Positions 23,812-37,730 of a DNA stretch of 64,000 bases are shown piece by piece. Within the stretch, counting starts at the first letter, position 1. Every line of letters starts with the position of its first letter. Source of the stretch: Octopus sinensis (lineage: Eukaryota); assembly GCF_006345805.1 (NCBI RefSeq), contig NC_043025.1, forward strand, positions 14,074,001-14,138,000, given 5' to 3'. The translations under genes were made by a program, and so were the position numbers. The notes beneath the pieces were generated by a model. It ran no database searches. It was not told where the DNA came from and was given only the letters and a program-made list of their open reading frames with translations.

Positions 23812-26221
23812 CATACATATATACTTAATATACTTTTTAATATTATATCTAAAGATTTAACTGGCTTAAGTCTCTGCTGTTTTGCTTCTGATGAGTGCTT
23901 GAAGTTTGCCCCTATTTTTTTTATTGGGAATTCATGACTGAAATTAGTGAATGTTTTGAATGGTCTTAGAAATATTTTCAGGTTCCCTGTTAGTATCAAG
24001 TAACAATACTTAGTGTCATATGAAACTGACATGGTTAACTATCTCTGTGTGTTAATATCAAGTGACAATAGTTAGTGTCATATAAGACTGACACGGTTGA
24101 CTGAACAGGCCTAGTGATGGTACTAAACAATCAATGCTTTGAATATTTTGTGTTCAGTGTTTGTAGAGAAGGAACACAGGAGGTTTAGAGCCTTGTTTAT
24201 GTTTCCCATAAAGTGGCAGAATATTTAGCAGCCAAAGTGAAGGCTGACGTGGCTGAGTGAACACGATTAGGTACAATCATGGCATTTGGAACTGAATAAT
24301 CAAACACCTAAATCATCATCATCGTTTAACGTCCGCTTTCCATGCTAGCATGGGTTGGACGATTTGACTGAGGTCTGGCGAACCAAACTCCAATCTGATC
24401 TGGCAGAGTTTCTATAGCTGGATGCCCTTCCTAACGCCAACCACTCCGGGAGTGTAGTGGGTGCTTATATGTGTGTGTGTGTATATATATATATATATTT
24501 ATATACACATATATATATATACACACATATATATACACACATCATCATCATTTAGCGTCCGTTTCCCATGCTAGCATGGGTTGGACGGTTCAACTGGGGT
24601 CTGTGAAGCCAGAAGGCTGCATCAGGCCCAGTCTGATCTGGCAGTGTTTCTACGGCATATATATATATATGTACCCACACATATACAATGTCATATATGA
24701 CAGAGAAATAGTTTGATGAAATTTTATTTTGCAGTAAGAAAGTTGTAGAAGCATAACAAATTGTTTCGTAACACAAAAGCAAGTTAATAATCCATATTAT
24801 GATATTTAACAAGCAAGAAATTACATAAACGTCTGCCTTTCAGAATTTAAGCTGCTTTCTCAGGTGAAAGAAGGCTTTTGTTGAAAGGTGGATTGTTGAC
24901 GTAATAATACAGGAACGCAAAGTCAAGGTCTTTTAAAGATCATGAACGCAATACTCTTTTAATTGCTTTGTGGCCATGATGGAGCACCACCTTTACTAAA
25001 AAAAAAAACCACCCCAGGTCTTATTCTTTGTAAGCTTAGTACTGATTTTATTAGTGTCTTTCGCCGAACTGCTAGGTTAGGGGGACGGAAAGACACGAAC
25101 ATCAGTTGTACAGCAATGGTGGGGGGGGGGAGCAAAGAAATTCATACAGGCTTCTTTCAGTTTCCGTCTACCAAATCCACTCACAAGGCTTTGGTCAGCA
25201 CTAGGCTATAGTAGAAGACACTTGCCCAAGGTATCACACAGTAGGACTGAACCCGGAACCATGTGGTAGGGAAGCATGCTCCCTGCGCCTAAAATCGATA
25301 TAAATTAATAAGCGGATTTTCAAATAAATGAAAGGGAATTTTAGTAATATAATTAAAAGTAACTGTGGAGGCGCGTGGCTTAGTGGTTAGGGTGTCAGCA
25401 TCATGATCGTAAGATTGTGGTTTCGATTCCTGAACCGGGCGACGCGTTGTGTTCTTGAGCAAAACACTTCATTTCACGTTGCTCCAGTTCACTCAGCTGG
25501 CAAAAATGAGTAACGCTGCGATGGACTGGCCTCCCGTCCAACTGGGGAACACATACGCCATAGAAACAAGGAAACCGGGCCCATGAGCCTGGCTAGGCTT
25601 TAAAAGGGCGAGAGAGAGAGAAATTAAAAGTGACTAGTAGATATTAGTACAATATAAGAAAAGAGATATTCAGTACTAAAAATCAAGGAAATGAAGATCA
25701 TAAACAGAGAAAGATAGGTTGTTCTGCCATTAATCAATGAGATTATTTATGCCTCGTTAATAAAAACTTATTGGCTTTGATGCTAAGAAATGTTTGAAAG
25801 CTGATTCCACTTCTGGTTTGGACCTGAAAGTTTTATCACTTAAAGACGTGATTAAATGCTTAAAGAACTGGAAATACCACCAAGTGATAAGAAAAAGAAC
25901 CCTACAAGACTATGAGAGATGCTAAAGGAAAGGAGATTCAAAGAGAAAGCAGATACATGTGTGATGCCCGCAAGATAACTTTGTGTGTAACTCCTTGTTT
26001 GAAAAATAATCATTCTAAATAAACAGTCTATCTCATTTTATAAAAAATTTTCTTTTGATTTAAAAGCAAAACATCTTAGAAAAAAATCAAAGATAATTAA
26101 GTTATATGTATTTTTTCAATGTCCAAGTTAACTCGTTAAAATCCAAATGAGTAAAAGGACATTTTAATTTCTATAATAAACAATAAAGGAAACAAGATAA
26201 AAAAAACCTTTTCTTATTCCT

Positions 26222-26448
26222 TTACTACCCACAAGGGGCTAAACACAGAGGGGACAAACAAGGACAGACACACGGATTAAGTCGATTACATCGACCCCAG
26301 TGCGTAACTGGTACTTAATTTATCGACCCCGAAAGGATGAATGGCAAAATCGACCTCGGCGGAATTTGAACTCAGAACGTAGCGGCAGACGAAATACCGC
26401 TAAGCATTTCGCCCGGCGTGCTAACGATTCTGCCAGCTCGCCGCCTTG
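26222..26448 (-). mobile_element. tRNA-derived SINE, family D, with TSD
   Basis: Minus-strand head aaggcggcgagctggcagaatcg...gagttcaaattcc; flanked by duplicated aaaaaaaaccttttctt; central domain ttatcgaccccgaaaggatgaa recurs at about 5390, 6355, 6525 and 38945. Confidence 0.8.
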
Positions 26449-28454
26449 ACAAAAAAAAAACCTTTTCTTCTAATTAACACAGCGTATATAATTAAAAAAG
26501 GAAATAAAAAATTATGTTCTGAAATGAAACGCCAGGTCAAAATAATTGGTCCATTAAGGGGTTAAAGAACCTGAGTTTTTGATTGCTGGTGGAAGAATAA
26601 TGCTAAATGATTTTTAAAAACCCCCACTTCAGCCCTTACTCCAGATAAATTGTTCTGTTTCATCATTTTGCACTTTTAAATATCACGAAGATAAACACAA
26701 TTCATAAAGGCTTCTAATCTGTGACCCCCACACTGGTTACAATGACAAGGTTCCCAGCTGATTCAGTCAGCAGAAAAGCCCGATTTGATAAATATGTGTT
26801 TCTAGGTGTCTGTGTGTCCCCATCACTGCTTGATGATGGTGTCGGTTTGTTTACATCCCTCTTAATTTGGCGGTCTGGCAAAAGTGATCGATAGAAGCTT
26901 TTTCTTATATCTTTCCTTTTACTTGTTTCAGTTGTTGGATTGTGGCCATGCTGGGGCACCACCATGCAGAATTTCATTTGAACTAATTCACCCCTGTACT
27001 TTATTATAAAATCTGGTCCCTTTTCTATTGATTCTCTTTTGCTGAACTGCTAAGTTACAGGAACGTAAACACACCAACACTGCTTGTCAAGCAGTGGCGG
27101 GAGACACACACATATGTGATGGGCTTCTCTCAGTTTCCATCTACAAAATTCACTCACAAGGCTTTGGTCAGTCTGAGGATATAGCAGAAGACACTTTCCC
27201 AAGGTGCCATGCAGTGGGACTGAACCCAGAACCATGTGTTTCGGAAGCAAGCTTCTTGCCACATATGTGCGTGTGTGTTTTGTCTCCCACTACTGTTTGA
27301 AGATAGTGTGGGTTTGTTTACATCCCCTTGACTTAGCAATTTGGCAAAAGTGCCTAACAGAATAAGTACCAAATTGCCAGGCTTTAACAAAACAAAAAAA
27401 AGCCCGAGTGTTGATTTGTCCAGCTAAAACCCTTCACGATGGTGCTCCAGCAGGGCCACAACTGCCTAATGGCTGAAATAAGTTAAAAACCAGATGACTA
27501 AACCAACCATTTCTGTTGATGACATCATTTGTGACGATAATTATTGCAAAATACTTTGTCACCTCGAGTTCTGCTCTTATCATTAATACACCCTCAACAG
27601 ATAAGGAAAGCATTGGGTCATTTTGTATGTCAGGGCTGAAGGACGTAACAAGAACCCCGAGTCACTGCCCCCATAAAAGCACTCATGCTCGTACAACATA
27701 AAAACACTTGTGCCGTGCCATGTAAAGGCAGTCAGTACTCTCTGTAAAGTGGTTGGTGTCAGGGAGGGGCACCCGGCTGTAGAAACCACCCCAAAAGCAG
27801 ACTGGAACGTAGAGCAGCTCAACATCTCTGGTCAAACCATCCAACCCATGCCAGCATGGACAAGCTTGCTTCCCAACCACATGGTTCTGGGTTCACTCCC
27901 ACAGTGTGGAACCTTGGGCAAGTGTCTTCTGTAGCATTGGACCAGCCAAAGCCTTGTGAGTGGATGTGGCAGACGGAAACTGAAAGAAGCCCATCATGTG
28001 TGCATATATATAGGTGCAGGAGTGGCTGTGTGGTAAGTAGCTTGCTTACAAACCACATGGTTCCGGGTTCAGTCCCACTGCGTGGAATCTTGGGCGTCTT
28101 CTGCTATAGCCCCGGACCGACCAAAGCCTTGTGAGTGGATGTGGCAGACGAAAACTGAGAGAAGCCTGTCGTGTATATATATATAGGCGTGTGTGTGTCT
28201 GTGTTTGTCTTCCCACCATCGCTTGACAACCAATGCTGGTGTGTTTATGTCCCATATCTTAACAGTTTGGCAAAGAGACCGATAGAAAAATACTCGGCTT
28301 ACAAAGAATAAGTCCTGGGATTGATTTCTTCGACTATAGGTGGTGCTCCAGCATGGCCGCAGTCAAATGACTGAAACAAGTAAAAGAATAAAAGAATATA
28401 TATATCTCATTGCTATTATGCTCAATATCAAGACATATCAGATCTATAGGGATA

Positions 28455-28792
28455 GTAGTGGCTGCGTGGTAAGTAGCTTGTTTACCAACCAAATGGTTTT
28501 GGGTTCAGTCCCACTGCGTGGCACCTTGGGCAATTGTCTTCTTCTATAGCCTCGAGCCGACCAAAGCCTTGTGAGTGGATTTGGTAGACGGAAACTGAAA
28601 GAAGCCCGTCGTATATATGTATGTGTGTGTGTCTGTGTTTGTCCCCCCCCAATATCGCTTGACAACTGATGCTGGTGTGTTTATGTCCCCGTAAACTTAG
28701 CGGTTCGGCAAAAAGACACCGATAGAATAAGTACTAGGCTTACAAAGAATAAGTCCTGGGGTCGATTTGCTCGACTAAAAGGCGGTGCTCCA
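28455..28792 (+). mobile_element. SINE family A (in a cluster with copies at about 27860 and 28013)
   Basis: Matches the family A consensus. Confidence 0.8.
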
Positions 28793-29213
28793 GAAGAAGA
28801 CATCAATAATAACCACCACCAACACTGCTACGATCAGAACCACCCTCAACACAACTACCACAATTGCAGCCACCACCTCAACCACCACCACCACCACAAT
28901 CTCAACCACCACCACCACAATCTCAACCATGACCACCACCACTACCATCATTATCGTTCAGTGCACTAAGCCATCCGATTGTTGTTTATCTCGCTTTGCA
29001 TTGCATCATAACCTGTCCTTAACACAAAATAATGTCAACCAACTTTTACTGTAGTTACAAAGTGGAACTGTTAACGAAAATCAAGATTTCTGGGGTGGAA
29101 AGGGCAGAGTGAGTGGGTGGGTGGGCGGGAATCTGAAGCCTTTGTTGTACGTTGAGCTGACGAGTGCAGCCGTACTCGTACAGTCAAGGAAACAGGTTTT
29201 GGGTTATTTTATC

Positions 29214-29244
<31 letters not shown>

Positions 29245-29849
29245 TCTTTTATTATTTTACTTGTTTCAGTCATTTGACTGCGGCCATGCTGGAGCACCGC
29301 CTTTAGTCGAAGAAATCAATCCCCGGACTTATTCTTTGTAAGCCGAGTACTTATTCTATCGGGTCCCTTTTGCCGAACCGCTAAGTTATGGGGGACGTAA
29401 ACACACCAGCACCGGTTGTCAAGTGATGTTGGGGGGACAAACATAGACACAAACACACATATATATATATATACAACAGGCTTCTTTCAGTTTCCATCTA
29501 CCAAATCCACTCACAAGGCTATAGTAGAAGACACTTGCCCAAGGTGCCACGCAGCGGGACTGAACCTGGAACAATGTGGTTGGTAAACAAGCTACTTACC
29601 ACACAGCCACTCCGTATACTTTCTGCAACTTTGCGTAGGCCTCTGAGCAGTATCGCCATCACAACTTTCTCTGTCAATGCGATGATCACACGCTACACAC
29701 CTTCCTTCCAAGCACTGCTGTAAAAAGTGGAAGTGAGCTAGAACATTAAAATTTAAGAGTCCAAGGTCAGAGTTTACCAAGAAGCTTTACCCTGCATGGC
29801 TTAGCTTTACCTTCGTTACTATGGCAACAGTCCGGACACTTATTGGTCA

Positions 29850-30445
29850 AACCCCATACACACACACACAAACACAGACACACAGACAGACACAAACACA
29901 AACACACATTCAAACACACGCACACACTTATACAGACATTGACTTACACACACACAAACACACACTTACAGAAACACTGACATACAGGCACACACATAAA
30001 TACACACACTCACACACACACAGACACACACAAACATACATGCAAACACACACATAAATACACACACACACTCACACACAAAGACACATACATACTAACA
30101 CACACACTCAGACACATACTAACACACACACACACACACACAAAGACATATACATACTAACACACACACTCACACACAAAGACACATACATACTAACACA
30201 CACACACAGACACATACTAACACACACACACACACACACACAAAGACATATACATACTAACACACACACACACACACAAAGACACATACATACTAACACA
30301 CACACACACAGACACATACTAACACACACACACACACACACAAAGACACATACATACTAACACACACACACACACAAACATAGACACATACATACCAACA
30401 CACACACACATAGACACATACATACCAACACACACACACACACAC
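29850..30445. repeat. Compound (CA)n-rich microsatellite
   Basis: CA runs with recurring catactaa / aaagacacata spacers. Confidence 0.9.
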
Positions 30446-30719
30446 TCAAGACAACAACTCCAAATTACGGCTGAATAAATATTTTATTTCATTAAAAATC
30501 AACAAAAGAAACAAAAAAACAAAACAAAAAATAATGACTATGTTGCTATGGCAACGGCAGAAAATAGGGCTAATAAGATAGCTGTTGTTGTTGTTAGATG
30601 GGGTCATTTTAGAATTTAATGGGATCCTCTCAGTCCTCCTTTCCCTTTTATTTCAGAAAAGGAGCGAAATAGAATGACTTTAGGGTTTCATTGGACCCGG
30701 ATTTTTTGGTGGGTTAACA

Positions 30720-31210
30720 CTTGGTGTGACTCATGCTGGGCCTGGTGTGGGTTAACATGTTTGGTCATCCTTACTGGGCTTGGTATTGGTTAACAGGTTA
30801 GTTGACCCATATTGGGCCTGGTCTGGGCTAACATATGTCGAGTCATCCATATTGGGTTTGTTGTGGGTCAACATAAATTGGGGCATCCATACTGAGTATG
30901 GTGTGAGATAAAGATGTTATGTCATTCTTACTAGGCTAACATATGTTGGTTGACCCATACTGGGCGAACAGGTGTTGTTTGATTCATACTAGGCCGGTCT
31001 GGGCTAACATATGTTGGGACATCCATACTGGACCTGGTGTGGGCTAATATATGTTAGATTATTCATATTGAGCCTGGTGTGGGCTAACATGTTGGGCCAT
31101 CTCTTGTGGGTTTGGTGTGGACTAACACAGGTTGACCCATATTGGGCCTAGTGTCAGCTTACATATGTTGAGCTGTCCATTCTGGAGCTAATGTGGGCTA
31201 ACATATGCAG
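30720..31210. repeat. Degenerate minisatellite (about 40 bp)
   Basis: Recurring tgggcctggtgtgggctaacatatgttgg..catccata. Confidence 0.7.
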
Positions 31211-31349
31211 AGATAAGAATCAAATGTACTAACAGTAGCAGGATAACATGTATGTAGTCCTTGCTAAAGGTACTGGATTGAGAACATTGGGCTAACATTT
31301 TGAATCAAGTGTACAGAGGCTGGGATAACATAATATGTTCCCTGAAAAA

Positions 31350-31830
31350 ACACTGGACTGAAGTAACATTGTGATCCATATATAAAGGCACTGTTGTAGG
31401 GGTACAGTGTGTTCCCTGTAAAGGCACTGGTGTGGGGTAACATTGTTACCTCTGTAAGGCACTGGTGTGAGTTAACAGTGTTACTCCTGTAAAGGCACTG
31501 CAGTGGGGTAACATATTGTGTCCCCTGAAGGGGATAACATTGTTCCCTCTGTAAATGCACTGAAGTAAAGTAACATAGTATGTCCCCTGTAAAGGCACAG
31601 CTGTGGGGTAACAGTATATTTCATGTAAAGGCACTGCAATGGGATTATATACTGTGCCTTCCATAAAAGTACTTGAGTGGGGTAACATTGTTCCCTCTGT
31701 AAAGGCACAGGTGGGGTGGCAATGTATTGTGCTCCCAGTAGAGACACTAGTGTGGGGCAATATAATTTGAGTTAATGACATAGGTATTGGTGGGGTAATA
31801 TATGCACTGTGCCCCTATAAAGGCACCATT
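31350..31830. repeat. Degenerate minisatellite (about 35 bp)
   Basis: Recurring gtaaaggcactg..gtggggtaaca..gttccct. Confidence 0.7.
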
Positions 31831-33217
31831 GGTGTGTAAGTAACACAAAGTGTACCCATGTAACAAAATTTACTGTCCCCTAAATCAAATGTAAAGACAC
31901 TAGACTTGGGTAATAAATTGTGCCCTTTGTAGAGGCCCTGGAGTTTTAATATTTCTAGGTTAAATACACAGGCATTGGTAGGGTAACATATTACCCCTTG
32001 AAAAGGAACATGGGCAAGGATAACATGTTGGGTCTAAAGTACTGACATTAGTGGGTTAATAATGGGTATACTGGGTTAACTGAACAGAAACTGATGAGAT
32101 AAGCTATGTGGAAGGGGTACACAGATTAATCAGCAGGTTGTTTGCCCTCCCACATTTGCCCTTAATGATTAGGGATTTGACTGCTATTTCTAGCAGGTTA
32201 AACAACCATGTAGGAGACTCCCTCCTTGATTCAGGAGTGGTGGGGGGAGGACAGTGAGCATGAATGTGTGTGTTCATCTGTTGGTAAGTAGGGGTGTGTG
32301 TGCGTAGGCCCTTTAGGGGTCTCTGTGACAAGACAATCGAAAATCTGAGATGATCCCACTGTGTGGAGAATTAAAAGGGAGCGGATGGAAGGTCTGTCGT
32401 GGGGAGAGAAAAAGAAGGGAAGGGAAATGGGACAGGGGGAACTTTTCTGGTTTGTTGGTAGGTGAAAACGAGGGTGGGGTGGGAACTTCTTTGGTTTGTC
32501 GGAAGGTAGCAAGACTGAATTACTTGGTCTGTTTGGTTTCTAAGGGATAAGTAAGGGTGGAGGGACCTCTGACCTGCACTTCTCCATAGATTTTGGCACT
32601 GAGCTTCTTGGAGATTTTAGGTATGATTATACTAATGTGTCCATCTGTTCTAAGTTAATTAAATTCTATATCTCTGTGTGCAGCTGAAGATTGCTCTACA
32701 TTTTAAATTGATGTAATGAAAAGATTGCATTGTTCAATTAAATGGAGTTGCATGAAACGATCGTACTGCATTACCTCTGGATATCCTTGTTGCTTATTTT
32801 GATATATATATATATATATATACTCTTTTACTTGTTTCAGTCATGTGACTGTGGCCATGCTGGAGCATGGCATTTAGTCGAGCAAATCGACCCCAGGACT
32901 TATTCTTTGTAAGCCTAGTACTTATTCTATCAGTCTCTTCTGCCGAACCGCTAAGTTACAGGGATTTAAACACACCAGCATCGGTTGTCAAGCGATGGTG
33001 GGGGAGGGGCAAACACAGACACACATATATATATACACATACATATACACGACAGGCTTCTTTCAGTTTCTGTCTACCAAATCCACTCATTATCATAATT
33101 TAATGTCCATTTTCTATGCTGACATGAATGGCTTGATAGGAGGTGGTCATCTGGAGAGCTTCCCAGGCTCCATGTCTGTTTTGGCATGGTTTCTACAACT
33201 GGGTGCCCTTTCTAACA

Positions 33218-35822
33218 CCAACCACTCCAGAGAGTGGACTGGTTGCTTTTAATGTGGCTCGATCACTTGCAAGGTCTGTTCTATCATGGCTTCTACAGCT
33301 GGATGCCCTTCCTAATGCCAACCACTCCAGAGAGTGGACTGGTTGCTTTTAATGTGGCTCGATCACTTGCAAGGTCTGTTCTATCATGGCTTCTACAGCT
33401 GGATGCCCTTCCTAATGCCAACCACTCCAGAGAGTGGACTGGTTGCTTTTAATGTGGCTCGATCACTTGCAAGGTCTGTTCTATCATGGCTTCTACAGCT
33501 GGATGCCCTTCCTAATGCCAACCACTCCAGAGAGTGGACTGGTTGCTTTTAATGTGGCTCGATCACTTGCAAGGTCTGTTCTATCATGGCTTCTACAGCT
33601 GGATGCCCTTCCTAATGCCAACCACTCCAGAGAGTGGACTGGTTGCTTTTAATGTGGCTCGATCACTTGCAAGGTCTGTTCTATCATGGCTTCTACAGCT
33701 GGATGCCCTTCCTAATGCCAACCACTCCAGAGAGTGGACTGGTTGCTTTTAATGTGGCTCGATCACTTGCAAGGTCTGTTCTATCATGGCTTCTACAGCT
33801 GGATGCCCTTCCTAATGCCACCACTCCAGAGAGTGGACTGGTTGCTTTTAATGTGGCTCGATCACTTGCAAGGTCTGTTCTATCATGGCTTCTACAGCTG
33901 GATGCCCTTCCTAATGCCAACCACTCCAGAGAGTGGACTGGTTGCTTTTATGTGGCTCGATCACTTGCAAGGTCTGTTCTATCATGGCTTCTACAGCTGG
34001 ATGCCCTTCCTAATGCCAACCACTCCAGAGAGTGGACTGGTTGCTTTTAATGTGGCTCGATCACTTGCAAGGTCTGTTCTATCATGGCTTCTACAGCTGG
34101 ATGCCCTTCCTAATGCCAACCACTCCAGAGAGTGGACTGGTTGCTTTTAATGTGGCTCGATCACTTGCAAGGTCTGTTCTATCATGGCTTCTACAGCTGG
34201 ATGCCCTTCCTAATGCCAACCACTCCAGAGAGTGGACTGGTTGCTTTTAATGTGGCTCGATCACTTGCAAGGTCTGTTCTATCATGGCTTCTACAGCTGG
34301 ATGCCCTTCCTAATGCCAACCACTCCAGAGAGTGGACTGGTTGCTTTTAATGTGGCTCGATCACTTGCAAGGTCTGTTCTATCATGGCTTCTACAGCTGG
34401 ATGCCCTTCCTAATGCCAACCACTCCAGAGAGTGGACTGGTTGCTTTTAATGTGGCTCGATCACTTGCAAGGTCTGTTCTATCATGGCTTCTACAGCTGG
34501 ATGCCCTTCCTAATGCCAACCACTCCAGAGAGTGGACTGGTTGCTTTTAATGTGGCTCGATCACTTGCAAGGTCTGTTCTATCATGGCTTCTACAGCTGG
34601 ATGCCCTTCCTAATGCCAACCACTCCAGAGAGTGGACTGGTTGCTTTTAATGTGGCTCGATCACTTGCAAGGTCTGTTCTATCATGGCTTCTACAGCTGG
34701 ATGCCCTTCCTAATGCCAACCACTCCAGAGAGTGGACTGGTTGCTTTTAATGTGGCTCGATCACTTGCAAGGTCTGTTCTATCATGGCTTCTACAGCTGG
34801 ATGCCCTTCCTAATGCCAACCACTCCAGAGAGTGGACTGGTTGCTTTTAATGTGGCTCGATCACTTGCAAGGTCTGTTCTATCATGGCTTCTACAGCTGA
34901 TGCCCTTCCTAATGCCAACCACTCCAGAGAGTGGACTGGTTGCTTTTAATGTGGCTCGATCACTTGCAAGGTCTGTTCTATCATGGCTTCTACAGCTGGA
35001 TGCCCTTCCTAATGCCAACCACTCCAGAGAGTGGACTGGTTGCTTTTAATGTGGCTCGATCACTTGCAAGGTCTGTTCTATCATGGCTTCTACAGCTGGA
35101 TGCCCTTCCTAATGCCAACCACTCCAGAGAGTGGACTGGTTGCTTTTAATGTGGCTCGATCACTTGCAAGGTCTGTTCTATCATGGCTTCTACAGCTGGA
35201 TGCCCTTCCTAATGCCAACCACTCAGAGAGTGGACTGGTTGCTTTTAATGTGGCTCGATCACTTGCAAGGTCTGTTCTATCATGGCTTCTACAGCTGGAT
35301 GCCCTTCCTAATGCCAACCACTCCAGAGAGTGGACTGGTTGCTTTTAATGTGGCTCGATCACTTGCAAGGTCTGTTCTATCATGGCTTCTACAGCTGGAT
35401 GCCCTTCCTAATGCCAACCACTCCAGAGAGTGGACTGGTTGCTTTTAATGTGGCTCGATCACTTGCAAGGTCTGTTCTATCATGGCTTCTACAGCTGGAT
35501 GCCCTTCCTAATGCCAACCACTCCAGAGAGTGGACTGGTTGCTTTTAATGTGGCTCGATCACTTGCAAGGTCTGTTCTATCATGGCTTCTACAGCTGGAT
35601 GCCCTTCCTAATGCCAACCACTCCAGAGAGTGACTGGTTGCTTTTATGTGGCTCGATCACTTGCAAGGTCTGTTCTATCATGGCTTCTACAGCTGGATGC
35701 CCTTCCTAATGCCAACCACTCCAGAGAGTGGACTGGTTGCTTTTAATGTGGCTCGATCACTTGCAAGGTCTGTTCTATCATGGCTTCTACAGCTGGATGC
35801 CCTTCCTAATGCCAACCACTCT
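33218..35822. repeat. Near-perfect 100-bp tandem array (about 26 copies) derived from a family B element
   Basis: Identical ORFs recur every 100 bp; the unit contains ctacagctggatgcccttcctaatgccaaccactcc. Confidence 0.97.
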
Positions 35823-37176
35823 ACAGAGAGGGTTAGGTGCTTTTTATGAGGCACCAGCACTTGGAAGGTCTGTTCTGCTATGGTTTCTACAGAGTGTACT
35901 GGGTGCTTTTTACATGGCACTGGCACCCACGAGCCTGCAAGATTAAGAACTGAGATGGAGAGGGATGCAGGGGGGATATGCCTGTATGCAAGGATGACCA
36001 TGTCATCCTTGACATGCTTGTTTTTACTTACATTTTTCCATGCCAGCATGGGTTAATAATCCACCCACCCATCCATCCATGTGAAAGGAGACATTGGGGC
36101 CAGCCACAGTCCTCTGGTTCATCAGTTCCTGTCCAACCCATACTCCTCCCATTTTTTGCTTTCTCTAGTTTCCTTACCCAATCCTGCTTCCCCATAACTC
36201 CCTCCCACTCTCTCACCCAGATTTGGTTGACTTTTCGTATCACGAACTGAGACTCCCCTTCTAATTTCCCTGATTCAGCCCTGTTTTTCCCAGCCAAAGA
36301 GAAGTATACATCACTGCCAAACACAGTTCACCTAGCTGTAAATAGGTACGCCGTGGAGATACAGAGGCCCACAGGTGTGCTCAGGCCACTTGGCTGTAAA
36401 TGGACACCATGCTACTCTTCTATCCGCTGCATTTTTCATTTCAATTATCCCAAGATGCACCATTCTATCAACCTAAACAGCTTCCTCTAGTATATAGTGA
36501 CCTCTGACCTTGAGGTCACTATAGTAAGATGACCTCTGACCTCTAGACCATTTTCATATGTCCTAGGCGTGACTTTAAACTGCATCCGATAGTGGGGGTC
36601 TGATTCAAGAATTCCAGGGTTTTGAGTAGGGTGGACCCACCCAATAGCCAGTATTGTTCCCAGGCCTACTCAGGTCCAGGGTAGTAGCACTTGTCAGGGT
36701 CCAAAGTCTACTCTATTTTTTGGGGGGGTGGAGTTGATGTAAGTGGTGATGTCAGGTGAGGTAAGGGGGAAGTGTTGCAGAGGCAGGGGTGGTCAGGTGG
36801 ATGGGGGTAGGTGAGGTGCCGGGATAGATGGATGGGTGGTGGGGAGTGCTTGGTAGACAAGGGTAGATGGAGGCATCGGGGAGGGGGAGATGGTGGTAGT
36901 GTCAGATGGACAGGGGGGATGGGGGTGTTTGGTAGACAGGGGTGGGGGAAGATGTCGGATAGCCAAGGGAACAGCTGGAGGAGAAGCGCTAAGGTAGAAG
37001 GCATGGTAGGGAGGTGGGGCTAGTTGTCTTTGATGATCATGATGGTGATGATGATGAATCAAAATGCTAAGTCAGGGGTGGGTGGCATGGGCAGAAAGCA
37101 GAAACAACAACAACTACTACTACTACTACAATAGTAAGAAGCTGCTGTGGCTCGTTAAAAGCGACAGAGTTTCTCG

Positions 37177-37730
37177 TTAACATATTATGCAGTGATCGAC
37201 TTTTTCTGCAATTGACGGACTTTCTGCTTTGCCAGTGGCTGGTGGTACCGGTGCTGGATTGGGGGCCGGCGTAGCTGCTGTGGTTGTTGGTGGTGTCGAT
37301 GGGGGTGGAGTCGCCGCGGGGACGCCAGGGGACGGAGCAGTGTCGGGAGTTAAAGACGATGGAGCGTCACCGATTTCCACCGCGTCCATAACTATGCTGT
37401 CCTCGTCCATCTGCTGCTCGGGGTCGCCCTCGGCGTTGTCTATGGAGAGCAAAGCATCCTCGCCCTCCGTCATGCAGTATTTCAGCTCAGACATTTCCGT
37501 GGCCATTTCTGCAAGCTCGATTTTTTCCTCGACGCAAGCGCCCTCTCCCCGTTTCTGGGATTCTGCCACATCTCCATCACCGCCATGGGCCCTCTCCCCT
37601 TTTTCGTCTCCCTCTGATGGTACCCCGGCATCATCACCATTATTCTTATTCGGGTCTGCATAACCATCTTCCTCTGCATTCATCATCATCATCGGACCAT
37701 GACAGCATTCTCCGATCTCGGTTCCAATCT
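37177..37730 (-). CDS. Acidic/Pro-rich terminal coding exon ending in CaaX (CIIC*); putative alternative last exon of CLIP1
   Basis: Long T-rich tract plus GTCAG|AG acceptor. The phase-1 frame is open for 184 codons including the stop (EIGTEIGECCHGP...KVDHCIIC*). It is a GC-rich, non-repetitive island. No separate upstream exons for it were found between 37731 and 47270. Confidence 0.65.

Noticed and set aside
33218-35822. Regular repeat array and its many 72-aa ORFs as a CRISPR array or repetitive protein
   Set aside because: Units are contiguous and identical with no unique spacers, and there are no cas genes. The ORFs are artefacts of a 100-bp period (not a multiple of 3).
37229-37663. 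144-aa plus-strand ORF
   Set aside because: Antisense shadow of the GC-rich minus-strand exon; no splice or start context
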